A stretch of DNA of 64,000 bases from Syntrophales bacterium. Lineage in GTDB: Bacteria > Desulfobacterota > Syntrophia > Syntrophales > UBA2210. The DNA is taken from NCBI GenBank assembly GCA_963662405.2, contig CAXXKT010000001.1, positions 960,001-1,024,000 of the forward strand, in the 5' to 3' direction. Shown piece by piece: positions 63,258 to 64,000 of the stretch. A program made the position numbers and the translations under genes. Every line of letters starts with the position of its first letter. The stretch's first letter is position 1. Below the pieces are notes generated by a model, which saw nothing but the letters and a program-made list of their open reading frames with translations, ran no database searches and had not been told where the DNA came from.

Positions 63258-63668
63258 ACCAAGAGCAAGGGGGGTGGGGAAATACTCAATATTGCCTCCA
63301 TCGGCGGGGGCATGCCCCTCGATTTCCTCGCCTGCTATGATGTCAGCAAGGCAGGAGTAATAGCACTGACCCAGGCAATAGCGATGTACATGGCCCGCTC
63401 CAACGTCAATGTCAATTCCCTCTGCCCCGGTATCATCAAGACCGAAATGGGGGTGAACAGGGTACACCTGCTCAGTGCTTCCCATCTTGTCTTTCGCGGG
63501 ATGGATTCCGAGGAGGTTTCCAATACCCCGGGAAGAAATTCTCTACGCAAGCGGCCGCCCCAGACGGCCGAAGGGAGTGGAAACGACGTCGTTTTTCTCG
63601 CTTCCGATGGGGGTAAAGAGATCATGGGTCAGGGGATCAACGGCTGCGGGGGGATGTATCTCAGCTGA
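63258..63668 (+). pseudogene. Truncated short-chain dehydrogenase/reductase (C-terminal half only)
   Basis: GEILNIASIGG..YDVSKAG (YxxxK)..VNVNSLCPGIIKTEM..VVFLASD..GQGINGCGG. In-frame TGA at 63255 and no TGxxxGIG N-terminal half. Confidence 0.72.
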
Positions 63669-64000
63669 CGGGGCATGCTTTTTTCAATACGGTCATCACA
63701 GGTGACACCCGCACGGGTCAAGTCTCCGCTTGGCCCCTCTTCTTATGTGATAAGAGTCGATCCTGTCTGTATGGGAGGAAACGTAATCATGAGTAACACA
63801 CCGAATTCGGACCTTCTCCTTTCACCACGATCCAGAGTCGTTGTCCTGCGCTCCGGGGCAGAAACTGAGCAACAGGCAATGATAACGGGACATCCGATTA
63901 CCGAAACCATTCCCAGCGCCCGACCGGCATATGCCCGTGAATGGTACTCCCCGCAGAGTGCATAGCGTGATGTGAATCCTTTCAGAAAAAAACCGTCCGA

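Overview
This is the replication-origin region of an anaerobic bacterium. Gene content and style suggest a Desulfobacterota/Syntrophales-like deltaproteobacterium (inference). The core is rsmG-parA-parB-dnaA-[oriC]-dnaN-gyrB-gyrA, all on the minus strand. A DnaA-trio/DnaA-box unwinding element lies between dnaA and dnaN, and a perfect parS lies inside a gene at 41508. The window is rich in selenium biology. It has selA, a desulfurase-yedF-DUF3343 cluster and three genes with in-frame TGA codons followed by SECIS-like hairpins that the ORF track truncates: a CoA-disulfide reductase/NADH oxidase (Sec at the catalytic Cys position), an IscA/HesB-like protein, and an FmdB-type zinc-ribbon protein ending in Sec-Gly next to trxB. 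Other highlights are an uncharacterised operon (TAXI-TRAP transporter, Ord-like dehydrogenase, long KamA-like radical SAM aminomutase), a candidate sigma54-dependent structured ncRNA directly downstream of a sensor kinase/NtrC-type pair, a MenK/MqnK-like methylmenaquinone methyltransferase, archease-rtcB, and an unannotated 48-aa membrane protein. I saw no tRNA, rRNA, CRISPR array or transposase. All calls come from reading motifs by eye; no database searches were run.
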